From positions 1 to 36,818 of IMG/VR virus record IMGVR_UViG_3300025093_000056: 36,818 nucleotides of DNA, one strand, 5' to 3'. Positions 7,056 to 16,900 of this stretch are shown piece after piece. The DNA is from a virus (taxonomy: Duplodnaviria; Caudoviricetes). The notes beneath the pieces were generated by a model. That model was not told the DNA's origin. It was given only the letters and a program-made list of their open reading frames with translations, and made no database searches. Both the position numbers and the translations under genes were made by a program. How positions within the stretch are numbered: the stretch's first letter is position 1; each line of letters begins with the position of its first letter.

Positions 7056-7260
7056 AATCCCTCTCTAATATCATTTCTAAATAATGAATTGCTTTATGTA
7101 TGTCTTGTTCCTTTCCTTTGGCAGCGTGCCTGCATATGTACTTTATAGCCGACCCCTCCGCAAAAGGCAACCTATTCTCATTTATAAATTGACTTGGTTG
7201 AATCTTCATATCTCTGTAATGAGATCCTCCGATTTGTTTTTTATATGCCTTCGATGTCAT
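7036..7260 (-). CDS. DUF3310 (SaV / T7 gp1.7-like) protein
   Basis: QIGGSHY, FAEGSAIKYICRH..KG..QDIHKAIHYL signature. Confidence 0.85.
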   Translation of the reverse strand: MTSKAYKKQIGGSHYRDMKIQPSQFINENRLPFAEGSAIKYICRHAAKGKEQDIHKAIHYLEMILERDYANTKV

Positions 7261-8719
7261 AACCTAATCTATCCTCCTTTGCTGCCATGATGTATAAGTT
7301 TTGTTTAGTTCGTGTTACACCGACGTACCAAACTCGGTGCTCTTCGTCTGCTTTCTCAGGACTCTTTTCTATGCTTTCACGAATCTTATCTGTATTATCT
7401 AATATCAATAATACATTGTCAGCCTCTCCACCTTTGGCCGAATGAATCGTAGATAGTTTTACTCTTGCTTCCTCAGAAAGTTTTTCTTTGTTGCTTAACA
7501 TTTGTCTAATGTAAAGAACTTGTTCAGGGTCTGCATCAAACAACTCATACCAAGTATCTGATGTATCAATATTAAAAAACTCACAGCTATAGCTCATATG
7601 GTCTTCACCATCAAACTCGTGTCCCGTATAATCAAATATGTCTTTTATTTCGCTAGCTGTTAGTTGTGCACCCGATGTCCACCTTGAAAAATCTCTAATC
7701 GCTTTCCATAACTTTGAACTAAAACTCTTTCGTTCTTTGTATTCAAAATAAATACCACGTTCCATTAAGTATGGTTTCATTTTAATTAAACGATAATTAG
7801 TTCTTGCAAGTATCAACCAATTACCTTGTGTTAGATCAACTTCATCAAGATCGTAAACTTCTTCACAATGACCCTCGTTATCTCTAGGTTCCCATTCTTT
7901 GGGTATTCTTGTTTCTATTTGAGATATAATTGAATCAGCAACATTTTGAACTCTGATTGGAACTCGGTATGACTTTGGTAATATCTTTTCTTTTGCAGGT
8001 TCATCTTGAAATCTTTTTACATCTGCTCCTGCCCAACCATAAATGGCTTGGTCATCATCTCCTGCTAATATCATAATCTTTGTATTCTTTTTAATGATGT
8101 CATACATCTTCCATTGTATTGGTGATAAGTCTTGTGCTTCATCAATAAATACTACATCAAATTTAGGGCATAATTCTGACGAAACAAATTTTTCTATCAT
8201 GTCAGTAAAGTCATACAAAACAAAAGAACTCTTATAATTTTTAAGTTCAGCTTCTATAATCTCTACTAAATTATAATCCATATCGTCTGAGTATAAATCT
8301 GTGTTGTATTCATCTTTGGGTGTAATGTTTTTAATTCTAGCTATGTTAATAAGATTAAAATACTCGCTGTCAGAATCTATGTATCCTGTTTCTTCTTCAC
8401 CTCCTCTGTAAACAGACACTTGAACACCAATGGTTCTACCAATCTCTTCATAGTGTTCGGGTTGCATAACATTATCTTTCTTCATTCCTAATGTATTAAA
8501 AGCCAAAGAGTGTAATGTTTGAAAGTGATTGAGATCTCTGTATCCATATTGTGGAAATAGTTTTAACATTCTTTCTTTTGCTTCTGTGGCTGCTTTCTTT
8601 GTAAAGGCAAAGTAACCAATTTTCTCAATGGGTGTTCCTAGTTTTAAAAATGTTTGTACGTATTTTAAAAGTTTTGTAGTTTTACCTGTACCTGGAGGTC
8701 CTAATATCTTTCGGATCAT
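7241..8719 (-). CDS. Superfamily 1 (UvrD/Rep-like) helicase
   Basis: GPPGTGKTT, AFTKKAA, TLHSL, DEAQD, GDDDQAIY, SYR, STIHSAKGGE, YVGVTR. Confidence 0.95.
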   Translation of the reverse strand: MIRKILGPPGTGKTTKLLKYVQTFLKLGTPIEKIGYFAFTKKAATEAKERMLKLFPQYGYRDLNHFQTLHSLAFNTLGMKKDNVMQPEHYEEIGRTIGVQVSVYRGGEEETGYIDSDSEYFNLINIARIKNITPKDEYNTDLYSDDMDYNLVEIIEAELKNYKSSFVLYDFTDMIEKFVSSELCPKFDVVFIDEAQDLSPIQWKMYDIIKKNTKIMILAGDDDQAIYGWAGADVKRFQDEPAKEKILPKSYRVPIRVQNVADSIISQIETRIPKEWEPRDNEGHCEEVYDLDEVDLTQGNWLILARTNYRLIKMKPYLMERGIYFEYKERKSFSSKLWKAIRDFSRWTSGAQLTASEIKDIFDYTGHEFDGEDHMSYSCEFFNIDTSDTWYELFDADPEQVLYIRQMLSNKEKLSEEARVKLSTIHSAKGGEADNVLLILDNTDKIRESIEKSPEKADEEHRVWYVGVTRTKQNLYIMAAKEDRLGYDIEGI

Positions 8720-10332
8720 AGTATATCCTTTTTATGTTCTGTAACTTTATGAAATATTTTTATCTTCTCAAATTGTTTGATTGATATCATCACAACATTT
8801 TTAGTAGGGCTGTTGTGTTTACCCTTTTCTTTTGTTGGAAATCTTTTCTGATCTAAAAAATCTATCTCGCAATCTTTGTATATCTTTAACATCATCGAGC
8901 CTGTCTTGTCTTCTTGATAACGCCATCCTTTGTTCTTTAACTTTTTATAGAACACATCAAATTTAAAATAGGCATAGCCATCTTGTATCAAAGTTGTTCC
9001 TGTCTTGAACGATGCATCATTCTTAGCTTCAGGTCCTGTAATCTTTTGATAAACATTGTCGTGTAGTTTCTCTCTTGGTGTTGTACCTATCGGTGGTGGC
9101 ATAACCTTTTGTGTTTTAAACAATGCATCTAAAACCTTTTGATCGTCTGAACCTTTTTGTAATGGTGGTACAAATCCTGCATACTTTGCTATTGAGTTTC
9201 TTCTTTTTCTTTGGTCTGTTAGATGTTCTATTGTTTTACAATGCACAGATTTTACAGTTTGTCCGTCAGGTAAGGTAACATCAAAGTTGTATTCTGGTTC
9301 GGGTTCAAGGTCTACCTTTTCTAAATTAGCACACAATGGATAAGAATCGTGAAAGTCTGATGCAATACCAAAAGTTCTTTTAACACAAAGTCCTCGCATA
9401 CAATGTTGTGCGATAGGATCCTGATTACAAGTATAACCTTTGTAGTTTTGTTTCCATGATCTAATCTTCTGTGTAAGTTTTTGTTTAGACCACGCTACTG
9501 AATCTTCAAAGTATAGTACAGGTGCACTCATTACCTTCTCTTCCCAATTGTCAGGGTATTTCTTTTTAGCAAACACCATATAATTATATAAGAATCTATC
9601 TCGACCATCTGATAATTTATTTTTTGATAGCGCTGCTAAACACGGTGGACCATCAACAAACTCTGCATTTGATCCTTCTAAAACTTTCTTTTCTAGTTCA
9701 TCGTCTATTTCTTTTATTCTTTCTGCTGTTATAAAATTTGATTCAACGAGTTGTATAAACTGTTCAAAGGTAAACTCTGTCCCATCGTAGTTGAGAGCTC
9801 GTCTTTCTGTCTTCTTAAAATATGGAAGATTAATAAAGTTTCCCTTGTTCATTTCACCTGTCTCACTATCTTTGACAAGTTCTGTTTGTTTTGGAAACAC
9901 TTCTGTTTCAGGTTTTAAATTAAATATTGGAATAAGGTTTGTTAAAAATGATCGTATTATTTTTGCAGGAATAAAATCTTTTGTGAATACATAAAGGTGA
10001 AGTCCACCACTCTTAGATAGTATGGGTATAATTGGTAGATCATATTCTTTTATTTTATCTAAATAAAATTTTAAATCGAATCCTGCGTATTCTTGTGGGT
10101 CAATATCAATAGCACCAAACCTTGATTGACTTTTTTCATTACAAGGTTGAATACCAATTGATTTAGTTCCTATTAAATGTTGTTTGTAATCGTCGTCAGT
10201 GAGTCTTTGTTGTGCCCATCTATATTCAGGTTTTTGTTTTTTAGAGATAGGATCAACTTCAAGCCGTTGCATATCAGCTTGGCCATAGTTCTCAGAGAAC
10301 CCACTAAATATCTGTATAAATTTTTCTTCCAT
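8716..10332 (-). CDS. Archaeo-eukaryotic primase / primase-polymerase
   Basis: AIDID, SKSGGLHLY, GNFINLPY, and a PPC...C...C...C PriL-like Cys cluster; no Walker A motif. Confidence 0.8.
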   Translation of the reverse strand: MEEKFIQIFSGFSENYGQADMQRLEVDPISKKQKPEYRWAQQRLTDDDYKQHLIGTKSIGIQPCNEKSQSRFGAIDIDPQEYAGFDLKFYLDKIKEYDLPIIPILSKSGGLHLYVFTKDFIPAKIIRSFLTNLIPIFNLKPETEVFPKQTELVKDSETGEMNKGNFINLPYFKKTERRALNYDGTEFTFEQFIQLVESNFITAERIKEIDDELEKKVLEGSNAEFVDGPPCLAALSKNKLSDGRDRFLYNYMVFAKKKYPDNWEEKVMSAPVLYFEDSVAWSKQKLTQKIRSWKQNYKGYTCNQDPIAQHCMRGLCVKRTFGIASDFHDSYPLCANLEKVDLEPEPEYNFDVTLPDGQTVKSVHCKTIEHLTDQRKRRNSIAKYAGFVPPLQKGSDDQKVLDALFKTQKVMPPPIGTTPREKLHDNVYQKITGPEAKNDASFKTGTTLIQDGYAYFKFDVFYKKLKNKGWRYQEDKTGSMMLKIYKDCEIDFLDQKRFPTKEKGKHNSPTKNVVMISIKQFEKIKIFHKVTEHKKDIL

Positions 10333-10344
10333 ATCCTATCAGTA

Positions 10345-10376
10345 AAGGGCGGTTCAACTCTCGCCTCCCCGCCCTT
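10345..10376 (-). terminator. GC-rich hairpin (terminator/attenuator or structured RNA) between the SSB-like gene and primase
   Basis: Perfect 8-bp inverted repeat AAGGGCGG/CCGCCCTT with a 16-nt interior; only a short U tract on the minus strand. Confidence 0.55.
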
Positions 10377-10398
10377 GTTGCAACTATTCCCAAAGGAA

Positions 10399-11157
10399 TT
10401 AGAAGTGCGATGAATCCTTTTTATCAGTTTCACCGTGCTTTGCTTTGACATCTCCTTTCGAAATGCTCTCAGCAAAAACCTTTGCTTGTTGGTACAGCTC
10501 GGCATTTTCTACCGGTCCTATCTTCTGTACTTCCCAACCAAACCACGTGCCTTTATCGTTAGACTGCTGAACAGTTCTTAACTTATATTCATGGCTAAAA
10601 GATGCCGGCGTGAATAAACCATTCTTACCTTTCATCTTTATACCTGCCATCATTGAGTTCCACTTTCTACTAATTTTTAATTGAGTAGATTTCATAGAAA
10701 TCAAAGCAGTGGCTGCTGTAGGATTGGTAATCAATACAAAGTGAGATGCTGTCTTCTCAACATAATTACCATTTGGTAATCTGTCTTTGTAATTAGCATC
10801 AGCCTTTGTTTGACTCATGATGTCTGAAGAAGAGTCATGGATTTGTACTGGTCCACCTGATCCTTCTCCTCTATCTTTCCACTCTATGTATTCGAGTTTA
10901 TAAAAGCATGGAACGACAGTTATGCCTTTCATACCATCATACAACTCTCCTGAAACAGAATTGAATATCATTCCTGGTTCAGCACCCTCGACATACTTAC
11001 CATCACGTTTATTAACTTCTGGTGAAAGTTGTCCAAGGATTTTTAGAAAAGGAAGGGCTAGATCTTCTTGACCTAATTTACCCAAACCTTTTGCTGCATC
11101 TTCCTCAAATATATTTGCAGGAAGTTGTGCAGACTTTTTTTGTGCTACTTGGTTCAT
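10399..11157 (-). CDS. Putative single-stranded DNA-binding protein
   Basis: Located in the replication module; LPFLKILGQLSPEV, MKSTQLK.SRKWN, GTWFGW, and a polar tail ending in Phe. Confidence 0.6.
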   Translation of the reverse strand: MNQVAQKKSAQLPANIFEEDAAKGLGKLGQEDLALPFLKILGQLSPEVNKRDGKYVEGAEPGMIFNSVSGELYDGMKGITVVPCFYKLEYIEWKDRGEGSGGPVQIHDSSSDIMSQTKADANYKDRLPNGNYVEKTASHFVLITNPTAATALISMKSTQLKISRKWNSMMAGIKMKGKNGLFTPASFSHEYKLRTVQQSNDKGTWFGWEVQKIGPVENAELYQQAKVFAESISKGDVKAKHGETDKKDSSHF

Positions 11158-11159
11158 GT

Positions 11160-11756
11160 TTATTTGCTCCTTGTTATTTTTGTTCTGTTGCCTGCGAACA
11201 CGTTAAACAGATCAGAGGGCATTTCTTGTCCAGATTCAAGACGCTCTCTGACCAGTGCTTTCAAAGTCATAGGTTCAACCTTTAGTTTCTGGACAGGTTC
11301 ATAACCTTGACCTTGTGCAAGGACAGCATATTGCTGTGCCTTGTTGTCTTCGTTACGACCAAAAGCAACAGTAATCTCATTTTTAATAAGATCACCTAGG
11401 CCGTTTTCTCGAAGCCAGTTAAATGCATCTTCCTTCTTAGCTGCAGGAATCGATGCACCGTAGACAGGTTTCACTTCAACAGCGGAACCGTCTGCTAATT
11501 TTAAAGTTGAGATGTTCATCTCAGTCATCATCGTAGGAATAACTTCTCCTGATAACAACTCTTGATTTCGTTTCAACTCCTTAAGTTTTTTCTCTTGCTC
11601 ATCAATCTCGTCTTCTAGAGATTGAAGTTTCGTTACTTGATCAGAAAGAGCTTTGGCGTTATTTACTTCACCTAAACTTTCCTTTCTGTCTTCTTCAAAG
11701 TTAATAGATCCACTTCCTGTGAACGTCTTAACTTTTATCGTTTGTTTAATGCTCAT
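11160..11756 (-). CDS. Replication-module protein with N-terminal coiled coil
   Basis: 198 aa; AFNWLRENGLGDLIK and VEPMTLKALVRE motifs typical of the gene preceding phage SSBs. Confidence 0.75.
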   Translation of the reverse strand: MSIKQTIKVKTFTGSGSINFEEDRKESLGEVNNAKALSDQVTKLQSLEDEIDEQEKKLKELKRNQELLSGEVIPTMMTEMNISTLKLADGSAVEVKPVYGASIPAAKKEDAFNWLRENGLGDLIKNEITVAFGRNEDNKAQQYAVLAQGQGYEPVQKLKVEPMTLKALVRERLESGQEMPSDLFNVFAGNRTKITRSK

Positions 11757-12105
11757 CTATTTCTCCTTTCTCATAAAGATTAACATTGATAGGATAATAC
11801 TTTTTCTCTTGCTTATCCCATTTTAACAGCTTGTATTTACCGTTTGTTAAATCCGACACAATCGAACAAGCCACACCGATTATAGCAGGATCTCCCGTTA
11901 ATAAAAGATAATCATCACTCGTATAATCTTTCAAAGATTTTCTTAGTTTAAAAACTAATGGTCCTGGAGAGAATATAATTTGTGATAGCTCAGGTAAAAG
12001 AAATTTTAAATTACCATAATGAGAAGCTCCCATAATGTTAATCTTAGGCTTACCCTCTCGAGTGCCTGCAATTTCTTGTATTACATAAACTGTATTTTCT
12101 TTCAT
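11746..12105 (-). CDS. Hypothetical protein
   Basis: DYLLLTGDP...LLKWD; start at 12105 or 12111. Confidence 0.75.
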   Translation of the reverse strand: MKENTVYVIQEIAGTREGKPKINIMGASHYGNLKFLLPELSQIIFSPGPLVFKLRKSLKDYTSDDYLLLTGDPAIIGVACSIVSDLTNGKYKLLKWDKQEKKYYPINVNLYEKGEIDEH

Positions 12106-12141
12106 TGACATTGGTTATAAATTAATATAATAGATTGTCAA
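12105..12141. promoter_or_regulatory. Overlapping divergent sigma70-like promoters
   Basis: TTGACA at 12105-12110 (+) and at 12141-12136 (-) flank an AT-rich core containing TATAAT (+, 15-nt spacer) and TATAAC (-, 16-nt spacer). The element sits at the strand switch. Confidence 0.55.
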
Positions 12142-12160
12142 CTAGAAAGAAGGAAAAAAT

Positions 12161-12352
12161 ATGTTTGATTGGGAAAAACAAATGCACGAAAAATATAGTG
12201 ATATGTATAATCACTATTATAATAATAATGGCCAAACAACTAGCGGCTATAATGGTCCTAGTTTTTCATCGCAATTGCATTGTAATGAATGGGCTAGTTA
12301 TGTGGAAGGAAGACAAAACGGAACTATAAAGTGTCCTTGTTGTGGTAAATAA
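12161..12352 (+). CDS. Hypothetical 63-aa Asn/Tyr-rich protein with C-terminal CPCC
   Basis: AAGGA ribosome-binding site; TAATG coupling to the helicase. Confidence 0.65.
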   Translation: MFDWEKQMHEKYSDMYNHYYNNNGQTTSGYNGPSFSSQLHCNEWASYVEGRQNGTIKCPCCGK

Positions 12353-13779
12353 TGAATTATAAATTTAAGACAAAACCTTATAAGCATCAAGTAACTGCTT
12401 TAGAAAATTCTTGGATGAAAGAATACTATGCCTATTTTATGGAGATGGGTACAGGTAAATCTAAAGTATTAATAGACAATGCGGCAATGCTTTATGACAA
12501 TGGCAAGATCGATGGCTTGTTTATTATAGCACCAAAAGGTGTGTATAAAAATTGGCACGAAGCTGAGATACCTACACATTTACCTGACCATATTGAGAAT
12601 GTGTCTGTTCTGTGGCAAGCAGCTATTACAAAAAAACAAAAAAGAAATTTAGATACTTTATTTAAAACAGACCACAGGTTGCACATTTTATGTATGAACG
12701 TTGAAGCTTTCTCTACAAAGAAAGGCGTGGACTTTGCTTCTCGGTTCTTATCATGTCATAGAACAATGATGGTTATAGATGAGTCTACCACTATTAAAAA
12801 CAAAGATGCTAAACGAACTAAAAATATTTGTTCGTTAGCCACATACTCTAGATACAGAAGAATACTTACAGGTTCACCTGTCACAAAATCGCCGCTAGAT
12901 TTATTCAAGCAATGTGAGTTCTTGCGACCCGAGCTCTTAGGTCATGTATCATTTTATACTTTTAGACAAAGGTATGCCGTAATGAGAAAGATGAACTTTG
13001 GTGGAAGATCTGTAGAGATTCCAATTGGTTATAGAAATCTTGACGAATTAAGCGCTAAATTAAAGGCTTTTTCGTATCGAGTTTTAAAAGATGAGTGTTT
13101 AGATTTACCTAAAAAAACTTTTATGAAAAGGATTATTCAATTATCTCCTGATCAATTTAAATTATACGATCAAATGAAACAAATGGCTTTAGCACAACAT
13201 AATGGCAAAAGTATGACAACTGCCACAGTTTTAACACAATTAATGAGATTACAGCAAATAACTTGTGGCCACTTTACGGCAGATGATGGAACACTACAAG
13301 ATATCAAAAACAATCGTATTGAAGAATTAATAAATGTTTTAAATGAAGTCGAAGGCAAAGTTGTTATTTGGGCTCATTGGCAAAGAGATGTACATAAAAT
13401 CATAGAAGCTATTAAAGAAGAGTTTGACGAAAGTTTTGTAGATTACTATGGCCTAACTCCTAGTGCAGATAGACAAAAAAATATTAAGAAGTTTCAAGAA
13501 GATCCTAATTGTAGATTTTTTATTGGAACTCCACAAACCGGAGGTTATGGTATTACACTGACCGCTGCATCTACCATGGTCTATTATTCTAATGGATATG
13601 ACTTAGAAAAACGACAACAATCAGAGGCACGTATAGATCGTATTGGACAAACTAGACCAATGACTTATATTGATTTAATCTGTGAAGATACTGTTGATGA
13701 GAAGATTGTAAAGTCCCTCAGAAAAAAAGTTGATATTGCAAGTAAAATTATGGGCGAAGAATTAAAAGATTGGATTTAA
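12352..13779 (+). CDS. SNF2-family (SF2) helicase
   Basis: MEMGTGKSK, IIAPK, DEST, LTGSP, GGYGITLT, QSEARIDRIGQ. Confidence 0.95.
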   Translation: MNYKFKTKPYKHQVTALENSWMKEYYAYFMEMGTGKSKVLIDNAAMLYDNGKIDGLFIIAPKGVYKNWHEAEIPTHLPDHIENVSVLWQAAITKKQKRNLDTLFKTDHRLHILCMNVEAFSTKKGVDFASRFLSCHRTMMVIDESTTIKNKDAKRTKNICSLATYSRYRRILTGSPVTKSPLDLFKQCEFLRPELLGHVSFYTFRQRYAVMRKMNFGGRSVEIPIGYRNLDELSAKLKAFSYRVLKDECLDLPKKTFMKRIIQLSPDQFKLYDQMKQMALAQHNGKSMTTATVLTQLMRLQQITCGHFTADDGTLQDIKNNRIEELINVLNEVEGKVVIWAHWQRDVHKIIEAIKEEFDESFVDYYGLTPSADRQKNIKKFQEDPNCRFFIGTPQTGGYGITLTAASTMVYYSNGYDLEKRQQSEARIDRIGQTRPMTYIDLICEDTVDEKIVKSLRKKVDIASKIMGEELKDWI

Positions 13780-13970
13780 TTAATCATTTTTTCTAGCACG
13801 AAGAGTACAGCAGTTCCCGCTGCCGTTAAAAGAACCCAATAGATTTTATCTATCTTACCGCCCAATTTTTCTACATCTTCGTGAACGTGTCTTAAGTTTT
13901 TTTTGACACCTGATATGTGTCCGTATAAAGATAAAATGTGTTCTCTAGTATTTTTGGGTTGCATTGCCAT
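13776..13970 (-). CDS. Small coiled-coil protein with C-terminal transmembrane segment (XhlA/holin-like topology)
   Basis: KIDKIYWVLLTAAGTAVLFVL; last gene of the virion operon, TAATG-coupled. Confidence 0.6.
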   Translation of the reverse strand: MAMQPKNTREHILSLYGHISGVKKNLRHVHEDVEKLGGKIDKIYWVLLTAAGTAVLFVLEKMIN

Positions 13971-16900
13971 TATGCTATTCCTCTCATTGCGTTATCGTAA
14001 GCTATTTTTTCTGCGGTGGTCATTTGATCGTATGGTTTCGTAGTCCCTGATGCCTGGGTCATGTTGCCTACGACATTAATATTAGGCGACCCACCTTGGA
14101 CAGTTTGAGTATTAAAAGATTGTGTTATAGAATCAACGATTCCAGGAGGAGATGGTACGTCTATATCTCTAAATGTTAATTCATCATCTAATAAATCTAT
14201 ATTTCTATTATCAGATATTATATCTCCAATAAAAGGACTTGCTATAAAGTATGGATTTTCTATATTTCTATCTTCTGCTTCATTTAATTGATTATTAATT
14301 TCTCTCATTCTGTTTACAAAAAATGCACTTGGTGCTTTTGGAACATATGTTCCTGACATAATTTGTCTTATCACATCTTTTTGTAAACCTTTTCTTTTTT
14401 GTAATTCTTTTCTTATTAAATTGTCAGACATTCCTAGAGCACGAGCTGCTTCAATGTCTTTGTACATATCTCTCATAAAAGCAAATCTTCTTTGTTCTGA
14501 ATATTTATATTGATCTACTATTTGTTTAGGACTTACACGACCACCTCTTAATAGTGGCGCAATAAATAAGTTGTCTGCCTTTTTTAAATTCGAACCAAAA
14601 CTTGTAACCATATATTTCATAGCTCTTTCAGGATCAGAGTTGATTGCTCTTAGTCCAATTAAACCCGGTAACTCGTCAGATAAATTAAATGTTTGTCCAT
14701 ATTTTTTATCTCCTCTTTCCATAACAGCATCTTGAATTCTTTTAAATTGTGCTATTGATCCTGGTTGCAATGATTTAGCCACATGCAAAGTGCCTTTTAA
14801 CATTCGAACTCCAATATCATCAGCCTCATTCCATACTCTTCTACCTTCTCTACCGATACCTCTTCTAATCGTAGAGTCAATTAATGCTTCTGTGTAAATT
14901 GATTCTGTTGCGTACGGTTTCATAACTTCAGCTAGTGCATCTGTCATCCCTGTTCCAAGAGCTTTCATTAGAGAATCTTTATCACCTGCACCTGTATTAA
15001 GTGCATTTACCACGGCTTGGAATGGTCTAATTAAAGTGTCATAGGCGTTGTTGTAACTAAAATCTACATATTTTAAATATCCATTTTCATCCCGACCCAC
15101 AGGTATCAAAGTAGAATTTTTAGACCACTCAGGAACCATTCGTCTTAAAGCCTGCATCTCTTCATCTGTTACATTGTTTTTTGCTTTAAATGTTTGAACT
15201 AGTGTGTATGGCACACCACCAACTGTCATACCAAAACTAAATAATCTTTTTAATCCTAGTTTCATAAGTCCTGGTATTTCAGGATTTTCTAAACTACCTT
15301 TACCAATACCTGCTGTAATTTCATCAATGGCTGATGTATAAATATTATTACCTGTTCTCATAATTTCTAATGGGAAAGCTATGAAGTTTCCAAATGGAGA
15401 TTGTCTTAATGCTCGTGCAGTTCTACCGACATAACCATAGTTAGGCACATTGTTTCTTGTTAAACTTCCTGCAACTTCATCAAGTAAATTTGAGAAAGCT
15501 TGTTGATTGTTTACAGCGCCCTCTATGTATTCTTTTCTTTGAACTAATTTATTTAAGTATCTACCTGCTGTTGTATCACTTCTTAAAACTTGTCTAAAGT
15601 TATCTTGATTAACGTCTAGTTCTTTTAAAACTTGTGAATATCTATTTCGTTCTAAACTAAAGTTTACATACTTAAAGAAATCATCTTCAGCAACATATGC
15701 ATCTTGTAACTTACCATACAATTTAGCTGCACCTCGTTTTGCTTGATCAGGTAAACCCTTAAATGTTTTAATACTTTTATCATTGTTTAATAATTCTGTA
15801 TAAGCCCTAGCTTCTGCTTGACCTGGATTATTTATAACGTCTTTAATAATTCTTTTAAACTCACCAATCTGCACAGATGAATCAACAACACCCACTCTTA
15901 GTAGTCTTTCATATAAAGCATCGTCTGCTTTGGTCATTGTACCTAGAACTCTTCGGCCTGTTAATCCATAAGCTTGACCTAATACTCCTTCACCGCCTAA
16001 AGATTTAGGCATCAACATTGATACATCACCATAATTTGGAAAAGCAGCACCGTTTGCAGCTACGAATGCACTAGCACTAATAAAGTTTCTAGCGTGTGTT
16101 AGTGGAGATAAAATTGTTTTTGCAATTTGTGAAATGGCTTTTGGTGCTAGAACTCCATATTTATAAAATGTACCCACACCACTTCGATTCAACCAATTAC
16201 TTGTTGTATCAAAGACAGCATCATATATTGGAGCTCTCATATACATACCTTCTAATTTTGATAATCCATTTATTTGTCCACTCTTCTCTATCTTTTTAAA
16301 TTTTAAAGGATTGTTTGCATCAAGAGGGTTTAATTCATCTGCTTTAAATATAAATTTACCAGGACCATCTTCTGTTCCAAATTTTAAAACATCATCCATA
16401 TATTTTAAAGTGTAATTTAAATGTGCTTGTTTACTAACTGTATTTAAAAAAGTATATGAAGGATCTTTAATAACTCCTGCTATTTCTCTTTGCCAAGGTT
16501 TTAAAACTTTTTGTGTAAGTATTTTGTCTTGAACAGTAACATTATCGACTTGTGCTTTATTTGGATTATCAATAACATCTCCTGCTTGATTTTTTAATTG
16601 TTCAACATCAACTTCATCGATTGTTTTTTTTCTTAAAAAATAATCTACTTCATCATCAACAGCTTTGTTTAATTGTGCAAGTTCTGCTGATGTAGGATTA
16701 CGACCAAGTTCTTTTACTTTATCTGCTCTTAGTAATTCCTTTGCTCTAGTTATTTGTTCTGCTGTTGGTTCATATTTTAACAATGGCATTTGTTTTTCAA
16801 ATTGTTCGTACATTGTTGTTGTATAAGAACCTAGTTGACCTTTTATATTAGTTGCAATCTCATCAGGCATTGTTCTTTGCAATAATCTAATAGACATATT

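Noticed and set aside
10173-10505. ORFs spanning the SSB-primase junction on both strands
   Set aside because: They overlap two well-supported genes, cross a hairpin, and show no protein-like features.
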